Program-made: the position numbers and the translations under genes
Shown: piece after piece, positions 26,261 through 40,079 of the stretch
Layout of the letters: each line of letters begins with the position of its first letter
Numbering within the stretch: the first letter of the stretch is position 1
The notes under the pieces: model-generated
Told to the model about the DNA's origin: nothing
Seen by the model: only the letters and a program-made list of their open reading frames with translations
The model's database searches: none
Origin: Torpedo marmorata
Taxonomy: Eukaryota
Direction: 5' to 3'
Length of the DNA stretch: 64,000 bases
Assembly (NCBI GenBank): GCA_977017645.1
Contig: OZ360228.1
Span: 84,630,001-84,694,000, forward strand

Positions 26261-26941
26261 TTTAACCCAGCCTTATTTTACTTCTTTATGTCAAAACTGT
26301 GAGCCAGGAACATTTTTTACATACACTTTTCTTAGAACTGAATGTACAGTATAGGGAAAAGAAAGATCGACACTGGCTGTAGGTAAACCACAATCTGAAG
26401 AAGCTGTTTTGTGTTGTCAAATGACTGGTTTGTGCAGGAATCACATTATGAATTCACTACTACTTTGACATGCAAAGTTTACACACAAGTACAAAAGAAT
26501 AAGAGTTTATGCTCAAAAGGTTAATTTAACTCAGCATGATTTTATCCTTGTGTTATATAGTACCGAAGCATAGTTAATTTACTGCAACCGAGGAGCAGCA
26601 AAATAACATTCAAATGCACGTATTTTTACATTACAGCATCTTTGCTGGATTGCGTAGGCAGCTCCTGTAAATTCTGATCATGTTGTTATAAACTCTTATT
26701 TTTGTATGGCCTCAACTGTTACCAAATAAAAATAGAAGAAAAAAAATGAATGCCATGAGCTGCTGATGTGAGCTGTACCTATGTACCACATGACTACATT
26801 TATTTGCTTGCAATAAATGTTGCTCCTTCCCTGAACTTTTATCTTCTTGGCAAAATCTCTCGAATAACATGCATTGCCTTTACATCTGCCCAGAATATGA
26901 TTTGCCCAAGCAACACCAACAACGGCTGCAGGCAACCGTTC

Positions 26942-29900
26942 TATTTCAATATTTTTATTGATTTTATCAAATAAATGATACATAGGTACATGACAATAAA
27001 ATAAAGTATTAACAAATCTTGTATAACAATACAAATAATGTTGAAACCTATGTTACATTAAAAGGAAAAATAAAAATAAAACCACTATACTAATTTCTAA
27101 ATATCGATCTCCTACCTTCGGAGGCTACCGGCTTAACACAAACAATCCACTACTAATAATAAAAAAAAGGGGAAGGTAAACATTGGGTTCAAAAACCAGA
27201 AACTAATTGATCTTACAAATTTTGAAAGTAATTAAGAAAAGAACCCCATAAAGAAACAAAATTAAGATTCATATCAATAGTGGAACATCGAATTTTTTCC
27301 AAAGTCAGACATGTCATCATATCGGACAACCATTGATTATGAGTGGGAGGGACAGCATCTTTCCATCTCATTAAAATGGCCCTTCTTGCGATAAGGGAGG
27401 CGAGGGCAACTTCATGGGATTGTGAAGCAGTCAAAATTAAACCAGTTGGCCCACTTATTCCAAAGAGAGCAATAAAAGGATTTGGAGTCAAAGTAATATT
27501 AAGAACTAAAGACAAGGTACGAAATACTCCTTTCCAAAAATTGGAAAGAGAAGGACATAACCAAAACATATGATACAATGTACCTTCTTCAGTTATACAT
27601 TTGTCACATTTAGAAGAGAGATTAGAATAAAATTTAGCTAATTGAACTTTGGAATAGTGGGCTCGGTGCACTACCTTAAATTGTAATAATGAGTGTCGAG
27701 CACAAAGAGAGGATGAATGCACTCGCTTCAAAATAGAATTCCATGTAGTTTCAGAAAATAACTGTTGAAAATCTTGTTCCCATAGCTTTTTAATTCTGTC
27801 CAGGAAACTATCCCCAGAATTTAAAAGTAATTCATAAAGGCCAGATACCACCCCTTTGTAATTAGGTTGAAAATGATAAATCATCCCTATCATATTAGGT
27901 TCCAGGTCTTCAGGGAGCTTCAAAATTAAAGAATTCAAAAAGCTCCTAACCTGTAAATAGAAAAAAAAAAGATGTCTTGGTATTGTAAATTTGGTGGATA
28001 ATTGTTCAAAAGAGGCAAGATTTTGATCAGAAAAAATATCTAAAAAGGATTGGATACCTAAATTTAACCAATGATGATAACCGCTATCTTGAACCGAAGG
28101 TTAAAAAAAAAGGAATTACCTAAAATAGGACTAATTAATAAGAATCTATGGTACCCAAAATGTTTCCTAAATTGAAACCAGATTCTCAATGTATATCTAA
28201 CGACAAAATTGTCAGTTAATTTGGAGGCCGAAAAAGGTAAAGGTGCTCCAAGTATCGAAAGAGGAGAATACTTTTTAGTAGATTTAATTTCTAAATTAAT
28301 CCAACTTGAAGCACCTAAATTTTCCTTGTGATGAATCCAAAAAACAATGTATCTAATATTAGCTGCCCAATAATAAAACCTGAAGTTGGGTAATGCCAAA
28401 CCCCCATTCTTTTTAATATTTTGAAGGAAGACTTTTCTAAGACGGGGGCATTTATTTTTCCATATAAAAGAAGATATGATGGAATCTAATGAATCAAAAA
28501 AGGATTTAGGAATAAAAACAGGTACAGCTTGAAAAATGTATAAAAATTTAGGAAGAATATTCATCTCAATGATATTGACGTGTCCAATTAATGTCATCGA
28601 AAGAGGGGACCACTGTGTCAAGGACTTTTTGACATGACTCATTAAAGTAAAAAAGTTTTCTTTGAACAGGTTATTGAATTTCTTGGTAATAGTAATACCT
28701 AGATAGTTGAACTGATTTTTAGTTATTTTAAAAGGAATAGAGGAATCTAAAGAACAGGAAGAACCCAAAACGAACAGCTCACTCTTCTGCAAATTCAATT
28801 TATATCCTGAAAATTTCCCGAATTGATAAAGAAGTGATAAAATAGATGGAATTGTCCGGTCAGGATTCGATATATACAACAAAAGGTTATCTGCATAAAG
28901 AGACACTTTATGAACATTTCCTGCTCTTCTGATTCCTGAAATATCAGCCAATTGCCGAAAAGCCACTGCTAAAGGTTCTAAAGCCAAATTAAATAATAAT
29001 GGGCTTAAAGGACATCCCTGTCTAGTTCCACGATACAACTTAAAAGGTTTGGATTTAATTGAATTAGTAAAAATTGAAGCTGTAGGAGATAAATATATCA
29101 GTTTAATCCAATTTATAAATTGGGGACCAAAATTAAATTTCTCTAATACACTGAATAAATATTCCCATTCAACTCTATCAAAAGATTTTTCGGCATCAAA
29201 AGAAATAATACATTCAGAGGACGAAACTGTAGGAGAATAAAGAATGTTTAACAACCGACGGATATTAAATTGTAAGTAACGTCCCTTAATAAACCCAGTT
29301 TGATCCTCAGAAATGACTAAAGGTATAATATTCTTTAACCTATGAGCTAAAATCTTAGACAGTATCTTAGTATCAATATTTAATAGAGAAATTGGTCGGT
29401 AGGAGGAACAGTCTAATGGGTCCTTATTCTTTTTAGCAATAAGAGAGATTGAGGCTTCATAAAAAGTTTCTGGCAACTTCCCACTTACTGAGTAAAGACA
29501 GAGTCCAAATGGGGTATCAATAAATGGGAAAATGATTTATAAAACTCCGCTGGGAAGCCGTCAGGATCAGGGACCTTGCCAGACTGCAAAGAGTTAATAG
29601 CTGCTGCAATCTCCTGCTCAGAGATAGGCTGTTCCAACTTTAATTTATTCTCTGAAGAAACTGTAGGAGTAGTCAAACCATCCAGAAATTGCTGTAAAGA
29701 ATTTCAGTCTTTGATCGAGTCAGAACTATACAATTTAGAATAAAACCGAGAAAAGGTGTCATTAATTTCAACATGATCATTAGTCATCTTACCATCGTCT
29801 CTACAAATCTCATTAATAAGCCGTTTATCTGTGTAATTTTTAATTTGGCTAGCTAAAAGTTTTCCTGCCTTTTCACCATGAACATAATACTTAGATTTAC

Positions 29901-31145
29901 TCTTTAAAAGTTGTGTTTGTACAGGATAAGTAAGAAGCAAGTCATGTTTAGTTTTAAGTTCAACCCTTCTTTTAAAAAGCTCAGGTTTCGGAGTTAAGGC
30001 ACATTGTTGGTCAATACACTTCAACTGATTAGCCAAATCATCTTTCTCAGAATTAGCTTTCTTTTTTAACGTTAGCCATAAATGAAATTATTTGACCTCT
30101 GATGTAAGCTTTAAAAGTATCCCAAATTACTAAAATGGAAAACTCCGGCGAGGAGATTTTACTAAAAAAAAGGCAATTTGATCTTTCATAAATTTCAAAA
30201 AATCAGGGTCTGACAGTAAAAGGGTATTCAACCGCCATTGTTTAGTAATTCTAGGTAAATCTGGGACATTAATGGACAAAATCACTGGAGAGTGGTCAGA
30301 AATTAATATGCTTTCGTAAGAACAAAAGTCAACAGAAGAAATTAATTGTTGGTCCATAAGAAAGTAATCAATACGAGAATATGTATGGTGGACATTAGAA
30401 AAAAAAAAGAGTATCATCAGGATGAAGAAATCTCCATACATCAATAACCCCAGATTGTAACATAAAATAATTTATATATAGCTAACTTATTTAAATTAAC
30501 GATTTTATGAGACGAGCGGTCGAGTATTGGATCAAGCCAACAGTTTAAGTCGCCGCCTACTATCAAAGAATACATATTCAAATCCGGTAAAAGAGAAAAG
30601 AGGCGTTCAAAAAAATTCAGGTCATCAGTATTAGGACCATAAATGTTAACAAAAACGTAAAGTTTATTATATAGTTTACTAGACAATATAAGAAAACGAC
30701 CATTAGTATCGGCGATAACCTCATGTTTAATAAACGGCACTGATTGCTCGATCAAGATTGAAGCTCCCCTAGATTTAGCCAAAAAAGCTGAGTGGAATTG
30801 CTGTCCCTTCCAAAAATTCAAAAATCGCGAGGTATCAGATAGACGAAGATGTGTTTCTTGTAGAAGAATAATCTCAGGTTTAAACTTTTTAATGTGAGAA
30901 AAAACCTTTCGGCGTTTAACCGGATGGTTCAATCCCGCAATATTCCACGACATAACTTTAATACTTGTGGCCATCTGAGAAATTAGAAGTCAATAATACA
31001 AAATTATTAAAAGTGACAGCATGCCCAGTAAAGAATAGCCAATATAGCCTCTCACGTAGCAGCAGCTTGCAGTCAAAACAATGCCCCCAAAACTCACTGC
31101 TGGCAGTTATCCCAGAATATACATACAAGATACAACAGCTCACCA
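26942..31145 (-). mobile_element. L1-clade LINE, complete but disrupted ORF2, no ORF1
   Basis: APE (SWNIAGLN, LQETHL, SDH), RT (YRPISLLN, GTRQGCPLSP, YADN) and CCHC in frameshifted segments; 13-bp TSD CAGGCAAC(C/T)GTTC at 26929-26941 and 31146-31158. Confidence 0.92.
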
Positions 31146-31241
31146 CAGGCAACTGTTCCACTAACCTGGTCACTGGTGACCTTCCCAAGTTGTGAAAGCA
31201 GTCAGACAAAAATAAATCTCAGTAAATAGAAAATTCTTTCA

Positions 31242-31484
<243 letters not shown>

Positions 31485-31696
31485 TTAGTTAGCGCAATGC
31501 TGTTAAAGCGCCAGCGACCCGGGTTCGAATCCGCCGCTGTCTGTAAGGAGTTTGTACGTTCTCCCAGTGTCTGCATGTGTTTCCTCCAGGTGCTCCGGTT
31601 TCCTCCCACCCTCCAAAATGTACGGGGTTGTAGGTCAATTGGGTGGCTCGTGGGCCAGAAGGGCCTGTTGCTGTGCTGTATTTCTAAATTTAAATT
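31485..31696 (+). mobile_element. tRNA-derived V-SINE
   Basis: B-box GGTTCGAATCC, V-domain ggtgctccggtttcctccca, CR1-like tail; copies at 38448 and 62224. Confidence 0.85.
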
Positions 31697-31911
31697 ACTT
31701 AACATGTGATACTCCATAAAAATGTGGCAACCACAAAAAAATAATTGAACTGCTTTTGTGAATCAGACTGGACAAGACTTCTCTCATAGTATTTGGTCAG
31801 TATTCCAATTAACATCTCTACAATCAAGGAGCAGTACACCAGATAGAATAGCTATGAACATAAAAAAATCCACAGCTCATTGTTTTCAGGAACTGAATTA
31901 ATTTACTCCTC

Positions 31912-34122
31912 ATGCAGCACAGGACCTCCAGGGTTGTGATCACAGGATTGTTACCCATTCCACGTGCTAGTGAGATTAGAAATAGGAGGAAAATACAGCT
32001 GTACATGTGGCTGAAGAGATGGTGCAGGAGGGAAGGCTTCAGGCTTCTGGATCATTGGGTTCTATTCAAGGAAAGGTGGGACCTGTTCCGACGGGACAGT
32101 TTGCATCTGAACTGGAGGGGGACTAATATCCTTGCGGGAAGGATTGCTAGTAATGCTCCAGGGGGGTTCAACTAGATTTGCTGGAGGATGGGAACCACAG
32201 TGCCAGAGCAGATAGTGGAGTGGAGGAGGAAAGAGATGATGTTAAGACTGCATATAAAGACAGAAATCACAGGACTGTGCATGGTGGAAATAATGTTCTC
32301 AGGTGCAACTATTTCAAAGCAAAGAGTGTTGTAGGAAAGGCATATGAGCTTAGAGCATGGATTGGCACGTGAAATTATGACGTTGCGACTATTAGTGAAA
32401 CTTGGTTGCAGGAGCGTTAGGACTGGCAGCTCAATGTTCCGGGGTTCTGTTGTTTAAGACACGATAGAGTGGAAGGGATGAAAGGGGGAGGAGTAGCATT
32501 GCTTGACAGGGAAAATATCAAAGCTGTACTCAAGCAGCAAGTTCATGGAACCCATACAGATTAAAGAGGAGGAGGTGCTTGTTGCCTTAAAGTGAATAAA
32601 GGTGGATAAATCCCCAGGGCCTGACAAGGTATTCCCTTGGACCTTGAGGGAGGCTAGTGCAGAAATTGCAGGAGCCCTGGCAGATATATTTAAAACTTTC
32701 TTAGCCACAGGATTGCCGGAGGATTGGAGGGTAGCTCACGTCCCGTTGTTTAAAAAAGGCTCCAAAAATAACCCAGAATATTATAGGCCAGTGAGCCTGA
32801 CATCAGTAGACAATAAGTTATTGGAAGGTGTTTCAAGAGATCGGATAAACATGTATTTGGATAGTCAGGGGCTGATTAGGGATAGTCAACATGGCTTTGT
32901 GCATGTTAGGTCGTGTTTAACCAATCTGATAGAGTTTATCGAGGAGGTTACCTGGAAATTTGATGAAAAAGTCTGTGGATGTTGTCTACATAGACTTTAG
33001 TATGGCCTTTGACAAGGTCCCACATGGGAGGTTAGTCAGGAAGTTTCAGTCGTTCGGTATTCATGGTGAAGTAGTAAACTGGATTCGACATTGACTTTAT
33101 GGGAGAAGGCAGAGAGGAGTAATGGATGATTGCCTCTCTGACTGGAGGCCTGTGACTAGTGGTGTGCCTCAAGAATTGGTGCTGGGTCCATTGTTATTTA
33201 TCATCTATATCAATGACCTAAATGATAATGTGGGAAATTGGATCAGCAAGTTTGCAGATGACACAAAGACTGGAGGTAGTGGACAACAAGGAAGGCTTTC
33301 GAAGTTTGCAGCAGGATTTGGACCAGCTGTAAAAATGGGTTGCAAAATGGCAGATGGAATTTAATGCAGACGAGTGTGAGGTATTGCATTTTGGAAGGAC
33401 AAGCCAAGGTAGGACATACACAGCAAACAGTAGGGCTCTGAGATGTTCTGTAGACTGGAGCAATTTAGGAATACAGATACATAATTCCCTGAAAGTGGAG
33501 TCATAGGTAGATAGGGTCATAAACAGATCTTTTGGCACATTGAGTATATGAGTTAGGATGTTATGGTAAAATTGAGGCCAAATTTGGAGTATTGTGTGCA
33601 GTTTTGGTCATGTAACTACATGAAAGATATCAATAAAATTGAAAGAATGCAGAGGAGATTTACTGGGATGATGCCAGGACTTGAGTTACAGGGAAAGGTT
33701 AAACAGGTTAGGACTTTATTCCCTGGAGCGTAGAAGAATGAGGGGAGATTTGACAGAAGTATACAAAATTATGATGGGAAAAGATAGAGGAAATGCAAGT
33801 AGTCTTTTCCCACTGAGGTTAGGTGAGATACAAAGCAGAGGACATGGGCTAAGGGTGAGAAGGGAGAAGTTTAGTTGGAACATTCGGGGGAAATTTCTTC
33901 ACATAGAGAGTGGTGGGAATATGGAATGAGCTGCCAGCTGAAGTGGTGAATGTTTCAACATTTAAGAAAAATTTGGACAGGTACATGGATGGGACAGGTA
34001 TGGAGGAATATGGAATGGGTGTAGTTCAGTGGGATGCGGCAGAATAATAGTTTGGCACAGACTAGAAGGGCTGAAGGGCCTGTTTTCTGTGCTGTAAAGT
34101 TATATTGTTCTATGGTTCTATG
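31912..34122 (+). mobile_element. CR1 LINE: ORF1 end (esterase-type), EN start, internal deletion, RT and 3' tail
   Basis: RVVITGLLP...LHLNWRGTNIL; ISETWL; DKSPGPD...YRPVSLTS...KFADDTK; tail gttctatggttcta. Confidence 0.9.
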
Positions 34123-35033
34123 ACTAATAGTTCAGTTTACAAGTGACAGTAGATAACAGAGCCTCTTATGCCACGAATGGGTAAGTATTTTACTAAAGTG
34201 TCAGGTAAACTCAATATTAACTTTATATACAAATTATATCCATGCAGGTATCCAGTTAGAAGGCAATACCCCAGTGATTTTTCAGATCCTAAACAATGTG
34301 ACTTTGTTATAATTCTTTGTCTCCAATTATTTTAGTATAATGTGAAGCATAGCCTTCAAAATATGGCAAATGAATTGTAAAGAATTTGGAAACAATTGGT
34401 TCCCAATATTTTATGTCATAGCTCTTGAATTTCGGCATCCAAAATAAGTCAACACCAGCTGCCCTTCAAATGAAGAGAATAACGTTCAACCAAAAATTAG
34501 CAGTTTAAAAGGAGCGACATTTTACTTGGAATTTATCTCTTGGCTCAGACTTTAGAGAGATACAGTCTACAGCCCAGCAAGTCTGCACTGACCATCAATC
34601 ATCCATTCATGCTAATCCTACATTAATCCCAATTTTTATTCTTCCAACATTCCCATCAACTTTCCCCAGGTTATACCACTCACCTGCACAGAGAGGCAAT
34701 TTACAATGGCCAATTTATCTACTAACCACTGTAACTCCTTTTTAGGAGCAGAGCCCAGAGGTTGAGAAAGCAATTATTGGACATATCAAAGTACACTAAT
34801 GACCTCAAGAGGTTCCACTCCAAATGCTTATGAAATGTGATTTTTGTTCTCCCCAATTCCTGCTTCTGGAACACACAGCTGACACCTACTGTCTAATTTG
34901 TATCACAATGTTCGAATTTGTTATTTGGATCATCTCTGTTGGAGTATATACAAAAAAAACTATTCAAAAAGGCAAGCACATTTGTCAATCTGAAATCCCT
35001 GTAATTGCAGTAAAATCTCGATCATCCAGCATT

Positions 35034-35268
35034 NNNNNNNNNNNNNNNNNNNNNNNNNNNNNNNNNNNNNNNNNNNNNNNNNNNNNNNNNNNNNNNNNNN
35101 NNNNNNNNNNNNNNNNNNNNNNNNNNNNNNNNNNNNNNNNNNNNNNNNNNNNNNNNNNNNNNNNNNNNNNNNNNNNNNNNNNNNNNNNNNNNNNNNNNNN
35201 NNNNNNNNNNNNNNNNNNNNNNNNNNNNNNNNNNNNNNNNNNNNNNNNNNNNNNNNNNNNNNNNNNNN
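35034..35268. other. Assembly gap
   Basis: Run of 235 N. Confidence 1.
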
Positions 35269-35875
35269 AACTGTAGGGGAATCTGCAATTTCTGCCCGAT
35301 CACAATTAAAATAGAGCTTTAATTACATATCCGTTAACATATACAAGTGCATAGTTATGCACAAATCAAAGTTATATATGATTCATTCTGGAAGCTTATC
35401 AAAAAGATACACAACCTTTAATATGTAGAGACACATAGTGTAATTTATAAGCCCTTGATGCTCTTAAATGCTCTTAATTACAGAGCTGTACAAGACCCCT
35501 ATTACTTTGTGGTTTCTGTGTTCAGGTGGGTTTTTTTCAGTCTGGCTCTGAGGTCTTTGTAGGTCTTCAGCATCAGATTTGGCATCAACTGCATTAGAGT
35601 CACCACAGCAACCAAATGACTGGTTGCTGATCAACATGGGCTATCCATGAAGACAAGGGATGACCTCACTGCGCAACTCATGTTCAGAAACCGTTTCCAC
35701 TGTCCAGTTGCTCTGCACAGAACAGGCCTGGTTCACATCTACCTCTCACCAACATCTGCACTCAGCAGCTGAGAAAGAGGGACAGAGGATGAGGAGGAGG
35801 TCAAGGAAGACGGAATGAAGCAGTACCCTAAACAGACCCTTTCTGTTCACGCACCCTGAGAAGAATATAACCCAA

Positions 35876-36310
35876 GTGAAACACGAACATCTGCAGACAC
35901 TGTGATTGAAGTAAAAAAAACAATGCTGGAGAAACTCAGCATGTCAAACAGTGTACTTTATATACCAAAGATAAAGAAACAAAAGCAACGTTTCGGGCTT
36001 GAGCCCTTCATAAAGGTCTGACAAAATGTACACAGGCGCCAGAACAACATGATGGGGGGAGGGGCAGGAGAACAGTCCCACAGACAGGAGGCAATAGGTG
36101 GATAAGGGAGGGAGGGCACACCAGCAAACAAGGGGGAGGGGGGTGGCTCTGTGAATGGAGAGGGAAAGGGGTGGAGAGCTGGAGGAAAGAAGACAGAGGG
36201 ATGGGGAAGAGAGGGAGAACGGGGAGTAGGCTAGCAGAAACTGGAGAGGTCGATGTTAATGCCATCCGGTTGGAGAGTGCCCAGATGGAATATTAGGTGT
36301 TGCTCCTCCA
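35876..36310 (-). mobile_element. Penelope-like 3' fragment
   Basis: LEEQHLIFHLGTLQPDGINIDL plus terminal repeat with hammerhead-like motif (~35985-36016). Confidence 0.85.
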
Positions 36311-36415
36311 GAATATAACCTAGTACAGTTCCAGGAATCATAGTAATTCCCAGTTCATCCACAAGGCTCGACTGTTCATTTCCTCCATATCTGACCAACT
36401 CATATATGTTTGTAC

Positions 36416-36712
36416 CACAGCCGGCGCCAAGGGAGAGCATTCGCGCACATTACCCCCCAAATTAGTTATTGTGCTCCCCCCACCCACACCACTAGCGTCG
36501 CTCGTCTCCACGCGATATAAGCAGCGTGTTTGTCTGTTACGTGGGAGGGAGGAGGAAGTGTGACAGCGGCGCACAGAGGAGGTTCATGGCAGGTAGGCAC
36601 CACCACCCCCCCCACCCCCCAGCTGAGTGAGTTTTTGAACGTCAGATTGTGCCCCCCCCTCCAACGCGGTTACCCTAATGCCCCCGATTAGACTTGTCTG
36701 ACGCCGACCCTG
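36416..36712. mobile_element. hAT-type MITE
   Basis: TIRs CACAGCCGGCGCCA / CAGGGTCGGCGTCA; 8-bp TSD GTTTGTAC / GTTTGTTC. Confidence 0.7.
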
Positions 36713-37236
36713 GTTTGTTCACTTTGAAAACAGTGACCAGAGAATAGACATTCAGAATGGAAATTACAAATGAATTCAATCCAACTTCCATTCAACTAAT
36801 CACCCACTAAATCCCCTTAGTTCTTGCCTTCCATTAGCTTTTGTATGTCTGGTGCTTCTCCTCCCTCCTTCCCCCATGGACGAGAGTGGAAGTGGCCTTG
36901 GACAACGACCTGAAAGAGTTCCAGCTCTGGATCATTGTCCTCGCAGCTGCTTTCCAGACCATCTGGCTCTGGCAAAATGATGACCGTTGTCTTCCCGAGG
37001 TAGGACATGAGGTTCGTGCTCCAAGGAGCCACCTCACTGCCCCACAGCAGCAGTTCTAGCAGCCACTGGAGGACTGCAGTGAACCCATTTGACCTTTGTA
37101 ATCCACATCGCAACACTTCCAGCTTCCATTACGCGGCCCTGAAACACGGGCAGGCTGTTGTTTGTGAGACTGCAACATCAGTGCAACTTCAGCCATCAGA
37201 TTGGTTGGGCCACAAATGTGTGGATGGATTTGACTA

Positions 37237-37876
37237 TAGCAGGTCCTCACTTAACATTGTTGATACGTTCTTGGAAAGTGCTACTTTAAGTGAAACTGCA
37301 TTAAACGAAACCAATTTTACCNNNNNNNNNNNNNNNNNNNNNNNNNNNNNNNNNNNNNNNNNNNNNNNNNNNNNNNNNNNNNNNNNNNNNNNNNNNNNNN
37401 NNNNNNNNNNNNNNNNNNNNNNNNNNNNNNNNNNNNNNNNNNNNNNNNNNNNNNNNNNNNNNNNNNNNNNNNNNNNNNNNNNNNNNNNNNNNNNNNNNNN
37501 NNNNNNNAATCAGCGGCGACGGTGGACATAGTGGTGGTGGCTGGTATGGGGAGGGAGGCTACTGGGATCCCGCAGTGGTCATCATCACTCAAGGGCAGAG
37601 AATCAGCTTGGTCATCATCATCACAGAAGTAATGTTGCAGAATGAGTGTTGCAAGAAATTCCTGAGGGACCTGGTGTTGCCATTGTGTGGGAGAGAAGCA
37701 CAGAAACAGCTGTGATGGGAGAGCGAGCAGGTGCGAGAAGAACGGCCACCTTCAGGTCTCACGGAGGTCATGGTTCTGTGGTCTGCTGCATACCGGTTCA
37801 GTTCAAACCCAAACAATAACAAAGTGTGGCGCTGCATTCTATTTATTTATTGCCTCATCAACGTTATAACGAAACG
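37237..37876 (-). mobile_element. TcMar-Tigger (MER6-like) deletion derivative spanning a gap
   Basis: TA + tagcaggtcctcacttaac...aacgaaaccaattttacc; other subterminal ctcatcaacgttataacgaaacg; both resemble recalled MER6 ends. Confidence 0.65.
37322..37507. other. Assembly gap
   Basis: Run of 186 N. Confidence 1.
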
Positions 37877-38447
37877 GCTCCAAACTGCACAAAGTGCCCA
37901 GTGCCGGGGTGTCAGTAAGCTCTGCTCCGGCCAGGCTAGTTGGGGATGTGAAATGAATAACAATTTAGGTGCAGTTGTCAGGAGACAGGGTGTAGGAGCC
38001 ATGGGCACATGTTCACATCACTTGCACTTCATAATAAATATGGCCTGAGGGGGAGGCGCGTTGTGAGAAGGGTTAGGTGCGAGGATCGCCAGCATGTTTC
38101 CAATCTACCACTGGCCACAGCCTCCTGCAACTACCCTTACACAGATCAGGGTATGCAGTTGCTGTTGCCTCCATTGTGCACACCCTTTCTCCAGCAGTCG
38201 AGAGGAAGCCTGTTAGTGACGGTTAACCCTCCTGTCTGGGCAGTGTGTCTGCTTTGATTGAATGGCTGGCAGTGTGTACAAGAGGGGAATGTGGCTGCAG
38301 GCACCATAGCAGAGCATGTCTGTGGAACGCAGGAACCTAAATTACGTGTCCTGAGTGATCGATCTTTTCCCAGGTTGAACAATGGTTTATTGGGAATTGG
38401 GCAGTGTCTGAGGCTAGTGGCGCAGATGGCAGGATATAGTCATTGAT

Positions 38448-38675
38448 GACGGCATGGTTAGTGCAATGCTATTACAGCGCCAGCGACCTGGGTATGAATC
38501 CGGCGCTGTCTGTAAGGAGTTTGTATGTTCTCCCAGTGTTTGTGTGGGTTTCCTCCGGGTGCTCCGGTTTCCTCCCACCCTTCAAAACGTACAGGGGTTG
38601 TAGGGTATTTGGGTAGCAAGGACATGCGGGCCGGAAGGACCTGTTACCGTGCTGTATGTCTAAATTAAATTTAAA
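38448..38675 (+). mobile_element. tRNA-derived V-SINE
   Basis: A/B-box head, V-domain and CR1-like tail; same family as 31485. Confidence 0.85.
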
Positions 38676-38677
38676 TA

Positions 38678-39218
38678 CCATATATGCTGGCATACAAGAC
38701 AAATTGTGTATAAGATGACCCCTAAATTTCCACCTAAAATGTAGGTTTTGAGCTATACTTGCTGCATAAGACTACCCCAAGTCTTACTGCCCCAATAGTC
38801 CATTACCAACCATCCCACTGATCAGTGGAGTGATGCTGTCAAAATTTTATTAGCATATATTAAAATAAACCACTGTCGGCTCCTTTAACAGGTTGTTTGA
38901 AGCCTGTACAGAGCTGATGGCAGTTGGACTGGGCGGATGGACCCCGCAGGGGAGCGCTGAGACTTCGCTGTTAAGGTTCATATTTTATACTTGGCGCGGG
39001 GGAGAGCAGAGACTTAGCCGTTAAGTTTCGTATTTTATACTTGGCGCGGGGGAGCGCTGAGACTTCGCTGTTAAGGTTTGGATTTTATACTTGGCGCGGG
39101 GGAGCGCTGAGACTTCGCTGTTAAGGTTCGGATTTTACACTTGGCGTATAAAATGACCCCTGGTTTTGGGGTGATATTTTTAAGATTCAAATATCGTCTT
39201 CTACGCCGACATAGACGG
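38678..39218. mobile_element. Tc1/mariner-superfamily (pogo/Tc2-like) MITE inserted in the SINE tail
   Basis: TA on both sides; TIRs CCATATATGCTGGCATACAAGAC / CCGTCTATGTCGGCGTAGAAGAC. Confidence 0.8.
38949..39146 (+). repeat. Tandem repeat, four copies of a ~49-50 bp unit inside the MITE
   Basis: Unit ggggagcgctgagacttcgctgttaaggttc.tattttatacttggcgc. Confidence 0.9.
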
Positions 39219-39602
39219 TAAATTAAATTAAATGATTCATTCACTGGAACATTTGGTTACAAATGGACCCATGGACTTCTAAAAGTGCATACATTCACAG
39301 GACTAGTGTTTGCGGGGAGGAGTTCGTGGGGAGAAGAACAGATTATAAACAAAGTCAGTTCAGTGGGTGGAGCACACAAAGACAGGTTAGGGAACATGAG
39401 GTTGCAGGCAGCCTCAATTGCATTAATTTTAATGCAAGAAGCATCGTGGAGTGTCAGATGTGTTTAGAACTTGGAATTATGATATTATTACAATCGCAGA
39501 AACATGGTTGAAGGAAGGACAGGACTGGCAGTTCAGTTTTCCAACTCAGTTAAGGCTTAAATACAATTCATGGATAAAGAGACAAAAGTTTTAATAAGTT
39601 CA

Positions 39603-39842
<240 letters not shown>

Positions 39843-40079
39843 TTAAGTTCTGCCTTCCTATATCAATTTTGAATATTTTCCTACCTTTGTTTTTTCGGTT
39901 GTTGGTAATCTCTGTCAGTGAAACTTTGGGGAAACCAAAGCATTTATCACTGGTTCTTAACCTCCAAGTCCATTGCCACACATTTTACCCTTATTTTTGC
40001 TTTACAACTACCTGTTTGGCTGCAGCAAGTAAGAATTTTGGCACATATGTACAATGTGCATGTCAATAAAGTCATCATC

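Noticed and set aside
31485-31550. tRNA gene
   Set aside because: It is the head of a V-SINE; no complete cloverleaf or terminator.
34824-37592. Long ORFs containing X runs
   Set aside because: Artefacts of translating through N gaps.
38949-39146. CRISPR-like array
   Set aside because: Contiguous tandem units without unique spacers, in a eukaryotic MITE.
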